Below, one piece after another: positions 28,252-38,380 of a stretch of DNA of 64,000 nt. Position numbers and translations under genes: made by a program. The stretch is from contig JAWLBL010000012.1 of NCBI GenBank assembly GCA_041687695.1, positions 1-64,000 on the forward strand. The letters run 5' to 3'. This DNA is from Myxococcota bacterium (GTDB lineage: Bacteria > Myxococcota_A > UBA9042 > PHBI01 > JAWLBL01). The number at the start of each line of letters is the position of its first letter. Positions within the stretch are counted from its first letter, which is position 1. Under the pieces are notes generated by a model. The model was not told the origin of the DNA, did not search any database, and saw nothing but the letters and a program-made list of their open reading frames with translations.

Positions 28252-30384
28252 ATGCGACTTCACCCGCGAACCCTCGGTCTCGCGCTGTCGACCCTCGCTC
28301 TCTTCGCTTGCGCGGACGAACCGCAACTCCACGCGCACGAGACCGTCGCCGCGCCCTTGACCGCGTCCGTCACGACCGACGACCTGCCCACCTTCATCGA
28401 CTCCGGCGACTTCGACGCCACCGCGCCCCCGCCCCCATGGAAGCCGCTCGACCCCGTGGTCGGAGGCGCCGTGGACGCCATCAAGGCCGGCGCCGCCGAA
28501 ATCCCCTTCCCGATGGAGGTCGCGGCCAAGGACGTCGGCGTCCGGATCGTCGATGTCATCGACGCGGCCGCCCTCAAAGCCACGGACGGAACCTTCGCCC
28601 TCTTCGAGGTGTTCGGCGTGCCCGTCAAGGTCGTCAACGACCGCACCTCCTCGCGGGCCCGGGAGGTGAAGGCCAAGGTCACCCTCGCCGTCGGGTCGGC
28701 GCCTCTCGAGGGGCTGCTCTTTCAGCGGACCTATGCCCCGACCTCCGACGGCGACGTCAGGCTGGCCAGTGTGGCCGTGGTGGTCCCTGCTCCAGACGGC
28801 GGCACTTCGGCCGCCGCCGACACGCTCGCCATCGCGCCCCTCGACATCCCGCTGCACGACCACCTCCCAGGCTCCGGCAGCAACTCCTGGGTGCCCGGCA
28901 ACCTGGACTGCGAGGGGATGGTCATCGCGCAGGCCCTCGCCCTCGGACCCATGTCGGCCTCAGCCCCCCCGGTCATCTTCCCCGAGTTCAAGACCTACGG
29001 CGGCTGCACCCTGGATGAGTGCGTCATGATCCGCCGCTCGTGGCTGCTCTCCCACTACTACAGCTGGCTGCTGTACCGCTGGGCCGAGTACTTCGAGGCC
29101 ATGCCGAAGGCCAGCAGAACCTGGGCCTGGGCGCAGCCGGGCCACGGCCCCGGCCCGGTCGTCGTGGGCGAAGCCGAGCCTGGCGTCCCCGGTCCCGACA
29201 ACTGGTCCATCCCCGCGGCCTGGTTCGGCAGTTACGTCGACTACCGCTGGGACGCAATCCGGCAAACGCTCCACAAGATCTACGACAACTATCGCAAAGG
29301 CGAGACGGGTGGCATCAAGTTCAAGCACCAATGTGACCCGCAGGGTTCGAGCAATGTCTGCCAGTCGATCTGGCCCATAGCGCATCACTGGGTGAAGGGC
29401 TGGATCAACTACTGCTTCGACTTCTTCCGCCCCAACGTCGGCCAGCTGGTCGATTTCCCTGACAACCCGGCCCGCCAGCGGGTCCACATCAGCATGCACG
29501 AGTCCATTCACCACCTCTACACGTCCTGGTGGAAGGGTGGGCTCTTCAAGTGGAAGATGGTCAAGGATCACCACCGCCACGAGCACGGCGAGACCTGTGG
29601 TCAAGGCCCCCTGGAGGCCATGATCACCCTCGAGCGCGTGGGACACCTGGCGAGCTACACCAACACCGAGGGTGACACCTGCGGCCACCGCGAGAACGCC
29701 ATCATCAACGTCGACAGCTATGCGCAGATGATCACGCTCTTCGGTGAGCTGGTCCACCGCGGCATCATGGTCGGCTGGCCCATGCCGGCGGACCCCACGC
29801 CCCAGCCGCCGGGCAACTGTGAGCTGGGCACGCTGGGGTGCCTGTGCGCCCCTGTGCCCGACGACGACGTCCCCCCCGACGGTGACGCCGCGCCAGGCAC
29901 CTACTGCGTCGATGACGACGGCGAAGGCCACGCGCTCGAGGTCAGCTGCGCCCTCACGACCTTCAACGCCGACGACGTCGTCGGTGTCTGCCGCAGCTGC
30001 GAGGACGGCCCGCGCCCGGGCGGGTGCGCCTGCACGCACGACGACGACTGCGCGCCGGGGCTGTCCTGCTTCGGCGAGGACACCGCCGGTGGCCCCGCCG
30101 TCGGGCGCTGCTACGCGTCGAACTCGCCGCCCGCCTGGGCCTGCCAGGCCGACTGCGCCAAGCTGACCAACGACGACTACGCCTGGTGCGATCAGCAGGA
30201 CCCGATGGGCGGTCACTGCTACGACAGCCTCTGCGACCCGCTGCAGGTCGACACCTGCGCCAACCTGGGCAAGACCTGCCGCGACGGCGACTGCGTCATC
30301 GAGTGCTCTCCCGGGGTCACCTGCCAGGACCAGGGCTATCCGCCGGGCTTCCTCTGTCTGTCGGGCGCCTGCTACGCACCCTGA
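28252..30384 (+). CDS. Lipoprotein with HExxH zinc-peptidase domain (M35-like) and Cys-rich C-terminus
   Basis: Lipobox LFAC, MHESIHH, downstream AIINVDSYA, and many Cys in the tail. Confidence 0.7.
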   Translation: MRLHPRTLGLALSTLALFACADEPQLHAHETVAAPLTASVTTDDLPTFIDSGDFDATAPPPPWKPLDPVVGGAVDAIKAGAAEIPFPMEVAAKDVGVRIVDVIDAAALKATDGTFALFEVFGVPVKVVNDRTSSRAREVKAKVTLAVGSAPLEGLLFQRTYAPTSDGDVRLASVAVVVPAPDGGTSAAADTLAIAPLDIPLHDHLPGSGSNSWVPGNLDCEGMVIAQALALGPMSASAPPVIFPEFKTYGGCTLDECVMIRRSWLLSHYYSWLLYRWAEYFEAMPKASRTWAWAQPGHGPGPVVVGEAEPGVPGPDNWSIPAAWFGSYVDYRWDAIRQTLHKIYDNYRKGETGGIKFKHQCDPQGSSNVCQSIWPIAHHWVKGWINYCFDFFRPNVGQLVDFPDNPARQRVHISMHESIHHLYTSWWKGGLFKWKMVKDHHRHEHGETCGQGPLEAMITLERVGHLASYTNTEGDTCGHRENAIINVDSYAQMITLFGELVHRGIMVGWPMPADPTPQPPGNCELGTLGCLCAPVPDDDVPPDGDAAPGTYCVDDDGEGHALEVSCALTTFNADDVVGVCRSCEDGPRPGGCACTHDDDCAPGLSCFGEDTAGGPAVGRCYASNSPPAWACQADCAKLTNDDYAWCDQQDPMGGHCYDSLCDPLQVDTCANLGKTCRDGDCVIECSPGVTCQDQGYPPGFLCLSGACYAP

Positions 30385-30403
30385 ACCTTCGATCCCGCCG
30401 CGC

Positions 30404-30438
30404 CGGCCGCGCGTCACCCCCGACGTGACGCGCGGCCG
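30404..30438 (+). terminator. GC-rich hairpin after the 28252..30384 gene
   Basis: CGGCCGCGCGTCAC-N7-GTGACGCGCGGCCG, a perfect 14-bp stem with no U-tract. Confidence 0.5.
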
Positions 30439-30730
30439 CGCGCTGGGTCCGGTGAGCTCGGCCCCCTGCCTTCGACACTCTGCCGCCGTCGTCTTGACCG
30501 TGGCCTCCTCAGCCCGCGCAAGTAGCCGCCGAGAACAGCGAAGTTCGCTCGTCCCGCCGACGACGTCCCAACTTGGACACGCACACGCCGACGGGCGTTT
30601 GACGCGTTGCGGAGGCCCCACCTCAGCGCATACAGTCGGCCCCGAGTAGGCCTCGGCGGCACAGCGGACCGGGCCCGAGTCGACGACTCGTCGGTGTTTC
30701 GAAGCGCGGCTGCGCGAGGCGCCGACCCAA

Positions 30731-32080
30731 ATGGGGTGTGACTCCATGCTGACGCAGGACGACTCGGGCGCCTTTGTCCTTCGCACGGTCCTCGTGCGTC
30801 GCTTCACGCTCACGGCCCTGCGCCGGCTGGGACTCTCGATGAGGCGCTCCAGCGAGCTGTGGCGGGCGAACGTGGCTTCGTGCGCGCCCACTGCAGCGCC
30901 CGTCATCGAGACCATCGACCTCGACCTGCCCGACGTGGGCGCCGTTCGGGTCCAGCTCACGATGAAGAGTCAGGTCCCAGAACAGCTGACGCATCTGCAG
31001 CTGATCCTGCCCGTGGCCAGGCACACCGCCGAGCATGTGGCCGCTCACCTCGGCCGGTACACGCCGGATGCGGACCCCGAGCGCTGGGTGCAGGAGGTCT
31101 GGCTCGCCAAGCTGCATGAGCTGGCTGATGTTCTGGGCATTGGCCTGCGAGAGCTGCAGCAGCTCATGAATCGACCCGGCCCCATCGATCAGCGCACGGC
31201 CGACGTGCTCATGGCTCACTACGTCGAGCATGACGACCCCGACCTCATCCAGCCCCTCCTCGATCTGCTCACCCACGCGAAGAACGCAAAGCGCATCAAG
31301 CGCCGGGTCGGCGAGTGGCTGCTGGGTCGGCTCCGTGTGGCTCCGACCGACTACGAGCAGTGGCTCGTGGCGCAGGCGCTCGTGCGTTGCGCCATCCCGG
31401 AGCTTGGGGACGACCTCGTGGACGCGGTCGCGCGCCGGGACCTGGGCGAGGCCCGACAGTTCCTGGTCGAAGCGCTCGCCAGGTCGCGGCATCCTTCGGC
31501 CTCGGCCGTGCTGCTCGAACTGCTCGCAGATCCGCCCGCTCCTCCACCCGTATTGGTCGAGGTCATCGCCGGGCTCGACCGGCTCGGGACCCTCGAGCCT
31601 GCCTATGCCGAGGCGCGGTTCGGGCCACTCACGGAGCACGACGATCCAGAGGTCCGACGCGTCGCGCGGCGAGCCCTCGGCAAACTCGCCAAGTCCGCCT
31701 CGACTGGTGAGACCTACCGACTCCAGCGCTCCGCGGTGCCTTCCGATCGACCGACCTTCGACTTCGAGTCGGATCCCGAGGACCTCGAGGACATCATCAG
31801 AACCTGGGAAGGGGGCATGCCAAGCCTGCCATCGGCCGTCGTGAAACAGATCGAGGCCTGGCTCGCCGGCACGAAGCGCGGCATGACGTCCTGCTGGCGA
31901 CTTCCCCTCGAACCCTCCGACGTCTTCGTCATCCTCGAGACGGCGCGCAACGACGGACAGGAGCTCCTGGTGACCCTGGTCGGGTCCACGCCGCAGCTCC
32001 AGCGCCTGGTCGACCTGGCCTGGGAGGCCCGCGGCGAGCTTCCCGCCCCGACGGTCGGTCGACCGCGGACGACCTCATGA
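30731..32080 (+). CDS. Hypothetical HEAT-repeat protein
   Basis: 449 aa ORF with HEAT-like ARQFLVEALAR and DDPEVRRVARRALG. Start uncertain. Confidence 0.6.
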   Translation: MGCDSMLTQDDSGAFVLRTVLVRRFTLTALRRLGLSMRRSSELWRANVASCAPTAAPVIETIDLDLPDVGAVRVQLTMKSQVPEQLTHLQLILPVARHTAEHVAAHLGRYTPDADPERWVQEVWLAKLHELADVLGIGLRELQQLMNRPGPIDQRTADVLMAHYVEHDDPDLIQPLLDLLTHAKNAKRIKRRVGEWLLGRLRVAPTDYEQWLVAQALVRCAIPELGDDLVDAVARRDLGEARQFLVEALARSRHPSASAVLLELLADPPAPPPVLVEVIAGLDRLGTLEPAYAEARFGPLTEHDDPEVRRVARRALGKLAKSASTGETYRLQRSAVPSDRPTFDFESDPEDLEDIIRTWEGGMPSLPSAVVKQIEAWLAGTKRGMTSCWRLPLEPSDVFVILETARNDGQELLVTLVGSTPQLQRLVDLAWEARGELPAPTVGRPRTTS

Positions 32081-32150
32081 ACGGCGCGGGACTACGTCGA
32101 CCGTCGGGACCTGCGCGCTGTGAAGTGATGGCGGCCGCCCAGGGGGTCAC

Positions 32151-32735
32151 ATGACTGAGCTGGCGTTGGGCAGTCTGTTCGTGGCTGCGGTGGGGGCTGC
32201 TGCGGTCGTCGCTGTCCGGCAACACCGTCGCGACGAACGAGCGATCGCGCGAGTTTGCCATTCCTTTGCAGCCCTCGGGTTCGCGAAGACCGGAGGCTTG
32301 GCAGGACACGACACCGGCAAGGGCACCCTCACGAACGGAACCTTGGTGCTTCGTCGCCAGCTGCCGTTCGTGGTCATCGAATGGCGGCTTGGCGCCGACG
32401 CTCCCGAGCTGCCTGCGCTCCGTCCTACGCGATTGGCCTTGGCGACCGAGCGGTTGGCCTTCAGACGGCCGCCGCTGAAGCACCCTCCCCTCGAGCTCCA
32501 CCGCTTCACCGGCGCCTTGCTCGGTGAACGCCACGAAGACGCGGAACACGCCTCAGGGCTCGCCGCCTGGATGAGCCGTTACTGCCTCTCCTGCGATGGC
32601 CGGAAGCTGCAGGTGTTCCTCTCGCTTCACGACCTGACGCCGGCGCGTGCCTCGGACTGCGTCGACTTGCTGCGCGCGCTCGAAGCGCGGGTCCACTCGA
32701 ACGCGCGAGTTCCAGGCCTAGGGTCGACTCGCTGA
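32151..32735 (+). CDS. Hypothetical protein with N-terminal TM helix
   Basis: Hydrophobic N-terminus followed by a basic stretch. AGGGGG upstream. Confidence 0.55.
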   Translation: MTELALGSLFVAAVGAAAVVAVRQHRRDERAIARVCHSFAALGFAKTGGLAGHDTGKGTLTNGTLVLRRQLPFVVIEWRLGADAPELPALRPTRLALATERLAFRRPPLKHPPLELHRFTGALLGERHEDAEHASGLAAWMSRYCLSCDGRKLQVFLSLHDLTPARASDCVDLLRALEARVHSNARVPGLGSTR

Positions 32736-32769
32736 GCCCTCAGCGGAGCGTTCCTCGGCGCGCTCCCTC

Positions 32770-33250
32770 GGAGCTGAGGGGTCGTCGACGACCTCCGGAG
32801 GTCGCTCCCTCGCACCGCGGAGGGCGTCGAGAGGCCTCTCCGAGCCAACTTTCGCTCCGACCGGCCTGTCGACACGCCTCGAGGAGCCACTTCTCGCGCC
32901 CGCAGGCGCCCAGTCTGGCCCAATGGGGGCGAAATCTCGCGCGAAGGGCCTGTCGGTGACCTCATGGCCGCGCGCCCGTCGCGCCGAAGGGGTCGTCGAC
33001 GACCTCCGAAGGTCGCTCCCTCGCACCGCGGAGGTCGTCGCGAGGCCTCTCTGAGCCCACTTTCGCTCCGACCGGCCTGTCGAAAGGCTCGCTCGGCCGC
33101 TCCTCGCTCTCGCAGAGGCCCGATTTGGGCCCAGCGGGGGCGAAATCTCGCGCGAACGGCCTGTCGGTGACCCCAATGCTACGCGCCCCTCGCGCCGAAG
33201 GGGTCGTCGACGTCCTGTCGAGGTCGCCCCCCGCGCACCGCGGAGGTCAC
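32770..33250. repeat. Imperfect 211-bp tandem repeat (about 2.3 copies)
   Basis: GGGGTCGTCGACG...GGTCGC.CCC.CGCACCGCGGAGG recurs at about 32778, 32989 and 33200. Confidence 0.85.
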
Positions 33251-33287
33251 CGACGGCCGGTTCGTGCCCGACCCGCGCTGCGGTGGG

Positions 33288-34808
33288 TCAGGCGAGGCCC
33301 GCGGCGGCGCGGCCGACGTGCAGGCCGAGGGCGTAGATGGAGAGCTGGGGCGGGACGCCGATGGAGGTGGGGAAGAGCGAGCCGTCGGCGACCCAGAGGT
33401 TGGACAGCTGGTGGTGGCGGCCGTCGGAGCGGACGGGGCCGAGGGCCGGGTCGTCGGACATGGGGACCGAGCCCATGGGGTGTACGGCGGTGACGGGCTG
33501 ATCGCCCCGCCGTAGCGGCAGGCTGGAGAGTCGGTCTGGGTCGTCCGAGGGGCCGAGCGCGATGGCGGGGTCGGTCGGGACCAGGACGCGGGTGGCGCCG
33601 GCGGCCTGGAGCAGGCGGGCGCAGGCGGCCAGGCCCCGGGTGAGCTGGGCGCGGTCGGAGGGGTCGGGCCAGTAGTCGACCGTCAGGCCCAGGTCGCCGG
33701 AGGGGCGGACGCGGCCGGCCGTGTGGTCGTGCAGCATGGCCGTGAAGACCGCGAGGTGCGGGTAGCGCAGCATGAGGTCGCGGTGGGCGGCGCCGTGGCC
33801 GGGCAGCAGGGTCGCGAAGCCCATCGGGTGGGCGAAGGCGGGCACGATCCAGACGCGGCGGTCGGCGCCCGGGGTGAAGTCGAGCAGCTCGGTGCACTCG
33901 TAGGTCTGCGGGATGCCCTCCCAGGCGCGGACCGGCTCGGCGAAGTCGCCGGCGGCGACCAGCGCGGGGTGCAGCCGCAGGGTGTTGCCGGTCAGCCCCG
34001 AGGCGTCGGGCGCCGCCGAGCGCAGCAGCAGGGCCGGCGTGCCGGTGGCCGAGGCCGACAGCACGAAGCGCTCGGCGGTGATCTCGAGCCGGCCCAGCAC
34101 CTCGCGGGTGGTCGGGTCGAGGGCCACCGCCTCGAGCTGGCGGACGCGGCCCGCGTCGTGGTGGAGGCGCACCGCCTGCGCGTGGACCAGCACCTCGGCG
34201 CCGGCCTTGACGGCGCGCGGGATGAGGACCCGGGCGGCGTTCATCTTGGCGTCGTAGGCGCAGCCCACCTCGCAGAACCCCGAGCCGACGCAGCCGACCC
34301 GGTTGTGGTGCAGGCCCGCGCCGCGCCAGCCCAGGGCCTCGCAGCCGGCCTGCAGCAGGCGGTTGTGCCGGTTCCAGCGGGCCTCGGGCACCGCCGAGAC
34401 GTGCAGCAGGGCCTCGACCTCGGCGTACAGGGCGTCCCAGACCGCGGGGGTCAGGCGCTCGACGCGGTGGTCGGCCTGCCAGGCGTCGCGGATGGGCGCC
34501 GGGATGCGCTTGCACAGGTTCAGGTTGTGCAGGGTCGAGCCGCCGACGCCGCGGCCCTGGTGCACGTGCACCGCGCGGTCGGCCGTGGTGCGGCCGCCCG
34601 ACTCCCACAGGAGGCGCTCGAGCATCTCCTCTTCGCGCTGCGTCATGTCGGCCGGGGTCAGAAAGTCGCCGGGCTCGAGCACCAGCACCCGCAGGCCGGC
34701 CTCGGCGGCCACCATCGCGACGGCCGAGCCGCCGGCGCCGCTGCCGACGACGCACAGATCGGCCCGCAGGCGCGCGGGCAGCGGCAGGTGGGCGGCGTCG
34801 TGGATCAC
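33288..34808 (-). CDS. GMC family FAD oxidoreductase
   Basis: VVGSGAGG, GRGVGGSTLHN, CVGSGFCEVGC, HPMGS, NLWVADGSLFPTSIGVPPQLSI. GTG overlaps the upstream stop. Confidence 0.92.
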   Translation of the reverse strand: MIHDAAHLPLPARLRADLCVVGSGAGGSAVAMVAAEAGLRVLVLEPGDFLTPADMTQREEEMLERLLWESGGRTTADRAVHVHQGRGVGGSTLHNLNLCKRIPAPIRDAWQADHRVERLTPAVWDALYAEVEALLHVSAVPEARWNRHNRLLQAGCEALGWRGAGLHHNRVGCVGSGFCEVGCAYDAKMNAARVLIPRAVKAGAEVLVHAQAVRLHHDAGRVRQLEAVALDPTTREVLGRLEITAERFVLSASATGTPALLLRSAAPDASGLTGNTLRLHPALVAAGDFAEPVRAWEGIPQTYECTELLDFTPGADRRVWIVPAFAHPMGFATLLPGHGAAHRDLMLRYPHLAVFTAMLHDHTAGRVRPSGDLGLTVDYWPDPSDRAQLTRGLAACARLLQAAGATRVLVPTDPAIALGPSDDPDRLSSLPLRRGDQPVTAVHPMGSVPMSDDPALGPVRSDGRHHQLSNLWVADGSLFPTSIGVPPQLSIYALGLHVGRAAAGLA

Positions 34809-36418
34809 GCGGCCTCCTCGGGGCGCACCAGGGCGCGCGGCAGGGCGCCGGCCGGAGCGACCAGCGCCTCGTAGTGGGGCGGGCGCGGGCGCGGGCCGCG
34901 GACCCAGGGGCCGCCGTAGCCGATGGCGGGCCAGGTCGCGTTCTGCTGGTAGTAGCCGAGCATCACCAGATCGCGCAGGCCGCGGGCCATGGTGCGGCGC
35001 AGCCCGCCGGCGGTGGCGAGGCCCTCGAGGTGGGCGCGCCGGGCCTCGGGCGACAGGTTGGACAGGCGCCGCAGGTGCAGATCGGTCAGCGGGGTGCCGT
35101 GCTCGACCGCGCCGACCAGCAGGTGGATCTCGGCGCGCAGGCCGGGCGACAGGCCGGCGACGAAGCGGTCGACGGCGGCCGGGACCTGCGCGAAGGCGCC
35201 GGCGTCGGGGGCCGGGGGCAGCAGGGCCTCGGCCAGGGCGGCCAGGACGTGGGCCTGCCAGGAGCCCAGGGTGCGGCCGCGCCAGTCGGGTCGGTCGGGG
35301 TAACCCGAGGTGCGGACGACGGCGCCGAGGGCCAGGGCGGCCGCGCCGCCGATTAGGACGCGGCGGCGGCTCAGGCGCGGGGCGTCGGCCGGGGCGGCGA
35401 GGCGGCGGGCCAGGGCGGGCGGCAGCCGGTCGCGCCAGTCGGGGGCGGCGGGCAGCGGGCCGGCGCGGCGCGGCGTGACCCAGAACAGGACGTGCTCGCC
35501 GCGTGGGGCCTGGGCGCGCAGGGCGGCCAGGGCCTTGCCGGAGTAGACCGGCTCGAGGGGCAGGCCGAAGGCGCGGGCGAGGTCGACGGCGGCCAGCGAG
35601 GCCGGGGTGGGGACGCCGTAGCCGCGGCCCAGGTGGGCGCGGTCGAGGTGCAGGCGGGTGAGATCGACGGCGGCGTCGACCGGGTGGCCGGCGGCGGCGA
35701 GCCAGGCGAGCAGCTCGCGCACGAGGCGGGCCAGGCGGCGGCGGGGCGACAGCAGGCGCTCGACGGTCGCGACGGCGTGGACGCGGGTGGGCAGGCCGGC
35801 GAGGGCGAGGCCGACGAGCAGCCCGGCCGCCGTGCCGCCGGTGCCCAGGGGGACGATCAGGCGGTCGGGCGGCGGGGCCAGGCCGGCGCGGACCTGGCCG
35901 GCCAGCTCGAGGGCGGCCAGGACCAGCCCGGCCATGGCGGGCGCGGTGGTGGCGCCCGGCGGGACGACCGCGACGTCGCCCCGGGCGCCGGCGCCGAGGA
36001 GCCAGGGGCGCGGGGCGATCAGCGTGGTCCGGCGCGAGGCGAAGACCAGCCGCTCGGCGGCGGTGGCGGTGGCGGCCAGGTCCTCGAGGGTGCGCGCGGA
36101 CGGCGGCGTCCAGAACAGGTAGGCGTCGAACGGCCGGCCGGTCAGGAGGCTGGCCGCGGCCAGGGTCGACAGGTGCCCGGACCCGATGGCGCCCACCGAG
36201 GCCCAGCGCTCGGCCCGCCGCCAGGGCGGCTGCGCCAGCAGCACGTCGAGCTTGCGCAGCTTGGTCCCGCCCGGCAGCGCGCCCGCGGCGGCGCCCAGCA
36301 GATCGTCGCGCTTGAAGGTCAGCGACCCGAGCCCCAGCTCGCCGGCCAGCTCCGGCGCCTCGAGCAGCGGGCTCGCCTCGCCGATCCACCCCATCCGCGA
36401 AAGCGACCGGTCGATCAT
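34805..36418 (-). CDS. PLP enzyme (D-cysteine desulfhydrase/ACC deaminase-like) fused to a gluconate-dehydrogenase-subunit-3-like domain
   Basis: KRDD, GGTKLRKL, PLGTGGTAAG, LEPVYSGKA. Then LSRRRVLIGG + hydrophobic helix and ...LVMLGYYQ...IGYGGPW. Start approximate. Confidence 0.8.
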   Translation of the reverse strand: MIDRSLSRMGWIGEASPLLEAPELAGELGLGSLTFKRDDLLGAAAGALPGGTKLRKLDVLLAQPPWRRAERWASVGAIGSGHLSTLAAASLLTGRPFDAYLFWTPPSARTLEDLAATATAAERLVFASRRTTLIAPRPWLLGAGARGDVAVVPPGATTAPAMAGLVLAALELAGQVRAGLAPPPDRLIVPLGTGGTAAGLLVGLALAGLPTRVHAVATVERLLSPRRRLARLVRELLAWLAAAGHPVDAAVDLTRLHLDRAHLGRGYGVPTPASLAAVDLARAFGLPLEPVYSGKALAALRAQAPRGEHVLFWVTPRRAGPLPAAPDWRDRLPPALARRLAAPADAPRLSRRRVLIGGAAALALGAVVRTSGYPDRPDWRGRTLGSWQAHVLAALAEALLPPAPDAGAFAQVPAAVDRFVAGLSPGLRAEIHLLVGAVEHGTPLTDLHLRRLSNLSPEARRAHLEGLATAGGLRRTMARGLRDLVMLGYYQQNATWPAIGYGGPWVRGPRPRPPHYEALVAPAGALPRALVRPEEAA

Positions 36419-36500
36419 CACCACCTCGCACGCGACGTTCGTCACGGCGGCCACGCCAGACCATGATCAATGTCACGACGCCAGCCGGGCCGCGCGCGGG

Positions 36501-38210
36501 TCAGGCGGCCGGGGGGCGCAAGGGCAGGTAGACGGTGAAGGTGGCGCCGCGGCCGGGCTCGCCGCCCACGCAGATGGTGCCGCCCAGGGCGCGGACGATC
36601 TCGTTGCAGACGAACAGCCCCAGGCCCAGCCCGCCGTAACGCTGGACCGAGACGGCGCGCTCGAAGCGCTCGAAGATCTTGGCGCGGTCGTCGTGCGCTA
36701 CGCCGATGCCGTGGTCGGCGACCTCGAGGACGGCCTGCTCGTCGGTCGCGCGCAGGCTGATGTCGACCTCCCTGCCGCTGCCGAACTTCATGGCGTTCGA
36801 GAACAGGTTGGTGACGACCTGCCCGAGCCGCAGCGGGTCCCAGTGCCCCACGACGTCGGGCTGGATGTCGACGTGGAGCACGCAGCCGGCCTCGTCGAAC
36901 TCGGCGCGGTGGCGCTCGACCAGCTCGGCCAGCAGATCCGACAGCGAGACCTCGCGCAGGTGCAGGACCAGGCGCTGGTCGCGGGCGCGCGTCATGTCGA
37001 GCAGGACGTCGATGAGGCGCTGCAGGCGCTCGTTGCCGCGCAGGGCGCCGAGGACCAGCGGCTGCAGCTGACCGACCGGCAGGACGCCGTCGCGCGAGCG
37101 CGTGGCGAGCTTGTCGAGGAGCTGCAGCTGCAGGGTGCTGGCCGTCAGCGGCGTGCGCAGCTCGTGCGAGGCGACCGCGATGAAGTCCTCGCGGGCGCGG
37201 ACGGCGTCCTCGAGCCGCGCGCGCGCGCGGGCCTCGGAGCGCAGGAGCAGGGCCCAGCGCAGCCCCGAGAACAGCATCAGCGCGGCCACGCCCAGCAGCA
37301 GGAGCCGGACCTGGCCCTCGATGGCGTCCCAGTAGGTGAAGACGCCGGCGCACAGGGTCGCGAAGAACCCGGCCCAGACCCAGCCCAGCTGGCCGGGGCG
37401 CGGCACCTCGTCGAGGTGGCGTTCGGCCGGGTCGCGGGCGCGGAGCACGGCGGCGAGCAGCAGCAGGCTGAAGGCGATGCACCACAGGACGTCGAAGGCG
37501 CGGCCGACCTCGTAGCTGGCGACCAGGAGCGTCAGGACGAAGACGGTGTAGACCGCGGCGAGCGAGGCCAGCCCGAGCAGGAGCAGCAGGGCGACCGGGG
37601 GCGGCAGCCCGACCGCGCGCTGCGACAGCGCGATGACCCCGAAGAGCAGGGCGAGCGTGTAGGTCGACAGGCGCGCGACGGCCCCGCGCACGTGCGCGGG
37701 GTCGCCGGTGAAGGCGACCGCCTCGTCGTACAGCGTGGCCCCCAGGACGACGAAGATGAGGCTGGCCGCGAGCCCCAGCTCGGTCGCGGCCAGCGGCGTC
37801 GCCCCGGGCGCCGAGGTGGGCGTGCGCATGAGCCAGACGGCCGGCACGAAGAAGAGCGGCGAGGCGATGAAGAACGCGTCGGTCAGCGAACCGATGGGGA
37901 GACGGCGCCCCTCGACCAGCTCGTACCAGGTCCACAGCAGCATCCCGGCGGCCCAGACCGAGGCGCCGGCGCTCCACCACCGCCAGGCGGCCCGCTCGCG
38001 GCGCGAGCTCACCCGGCGCGAGGTCACCCAGCACGCCACCGCGCAGGCCAGGCTGGTCAGCAGCCACATCGCGTCCGACCAGACGTGGCCCGCCCAGGAT
38101 CCGGCAGGCAGCAGCACCAGGCCCGCCAGGATGACCGCGTTGGCGGCCACGGCGGCCAGGATCAGGCGCCAGGGCAGCGGCCGCGTCGACGGACCGAGCG
38201 CGGCCGTCAC
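36501..38210 (-). CDS. Membrane sensor histidine kinase
   Basis: Multi-TM N-terminus, H-box ASHELRTPL, NLFSNAMKF, DHGIG, GGLGLGL. Start approximate. Confidence 0.9.
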   Translation of the reverse strand: MTAALGPSTRPLPWRLILAAVAANAVILAGLVLLPAGSWAGHVWSDAMWLLTSLACAVACWVTSRRVSSRRERAAWRWWSAGASVWAAGMLLWTWYELVEGRRLPIGSLTDAFFIASPLFFVPAVWLMRTPTSAPGATPLAATELGLAASLIFVVLGATLYDEAVAFTGDPAHVRGAVARLSTYTLALLFGVIALSQRAVGLPPPVALLLLLGLASLAAVYTVFVLTLLVASYEVGRAFDVLWCIAFSLLLLAAVLRARDPAERHLDEVPRPGQLGWVWAGFFATLCAGVFTYWDAIEGQVRLLLLGVAALMLFSGLRWALLLRSEARARARLEDAVRAREDFIAVASHELRTPLTASTLQLQLLDKLATRSRDGVLPVGQLQPLVLGALRGNERLQRLIDVLLDMTRARDQRLVLHLREVSLSDLLAELVERHRAEFDEAGCVLHVDIQPDVVGHWDPLRLGQVVTNLFSNAMKFGSGREVDISLRATDEQAVLEVADHGIGVAHDDRAKIFERFERAVSVQRYGGLGLGLFVCNEIVRALGGTICVGGEPGRGATFTVYLPLRPPAA

Positions 38211-38380
38211 GCGCGCGCCCGCGGGTGGCGCCTGGGGCGGCGTCGGAGCGCGAGGCCGAGCGCAGCTCGGGGTCGTGGAGCGGGGGCCGGCGTCGTCATG
38301 GAGGTCCGGTAACGCGTGGGACGGCCCCATCATGCGCCAGCGGGCGCCGGTCCGCCACAGGCGCGCCGCGAGGGCCGGCG

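Noticed and set aside
33288..36476. 1062-aa GMC ORF
   Set aside because: The real GMC starts at GTG 34808. The upstream part is an off-frame read of the PLP-enzyme gene.
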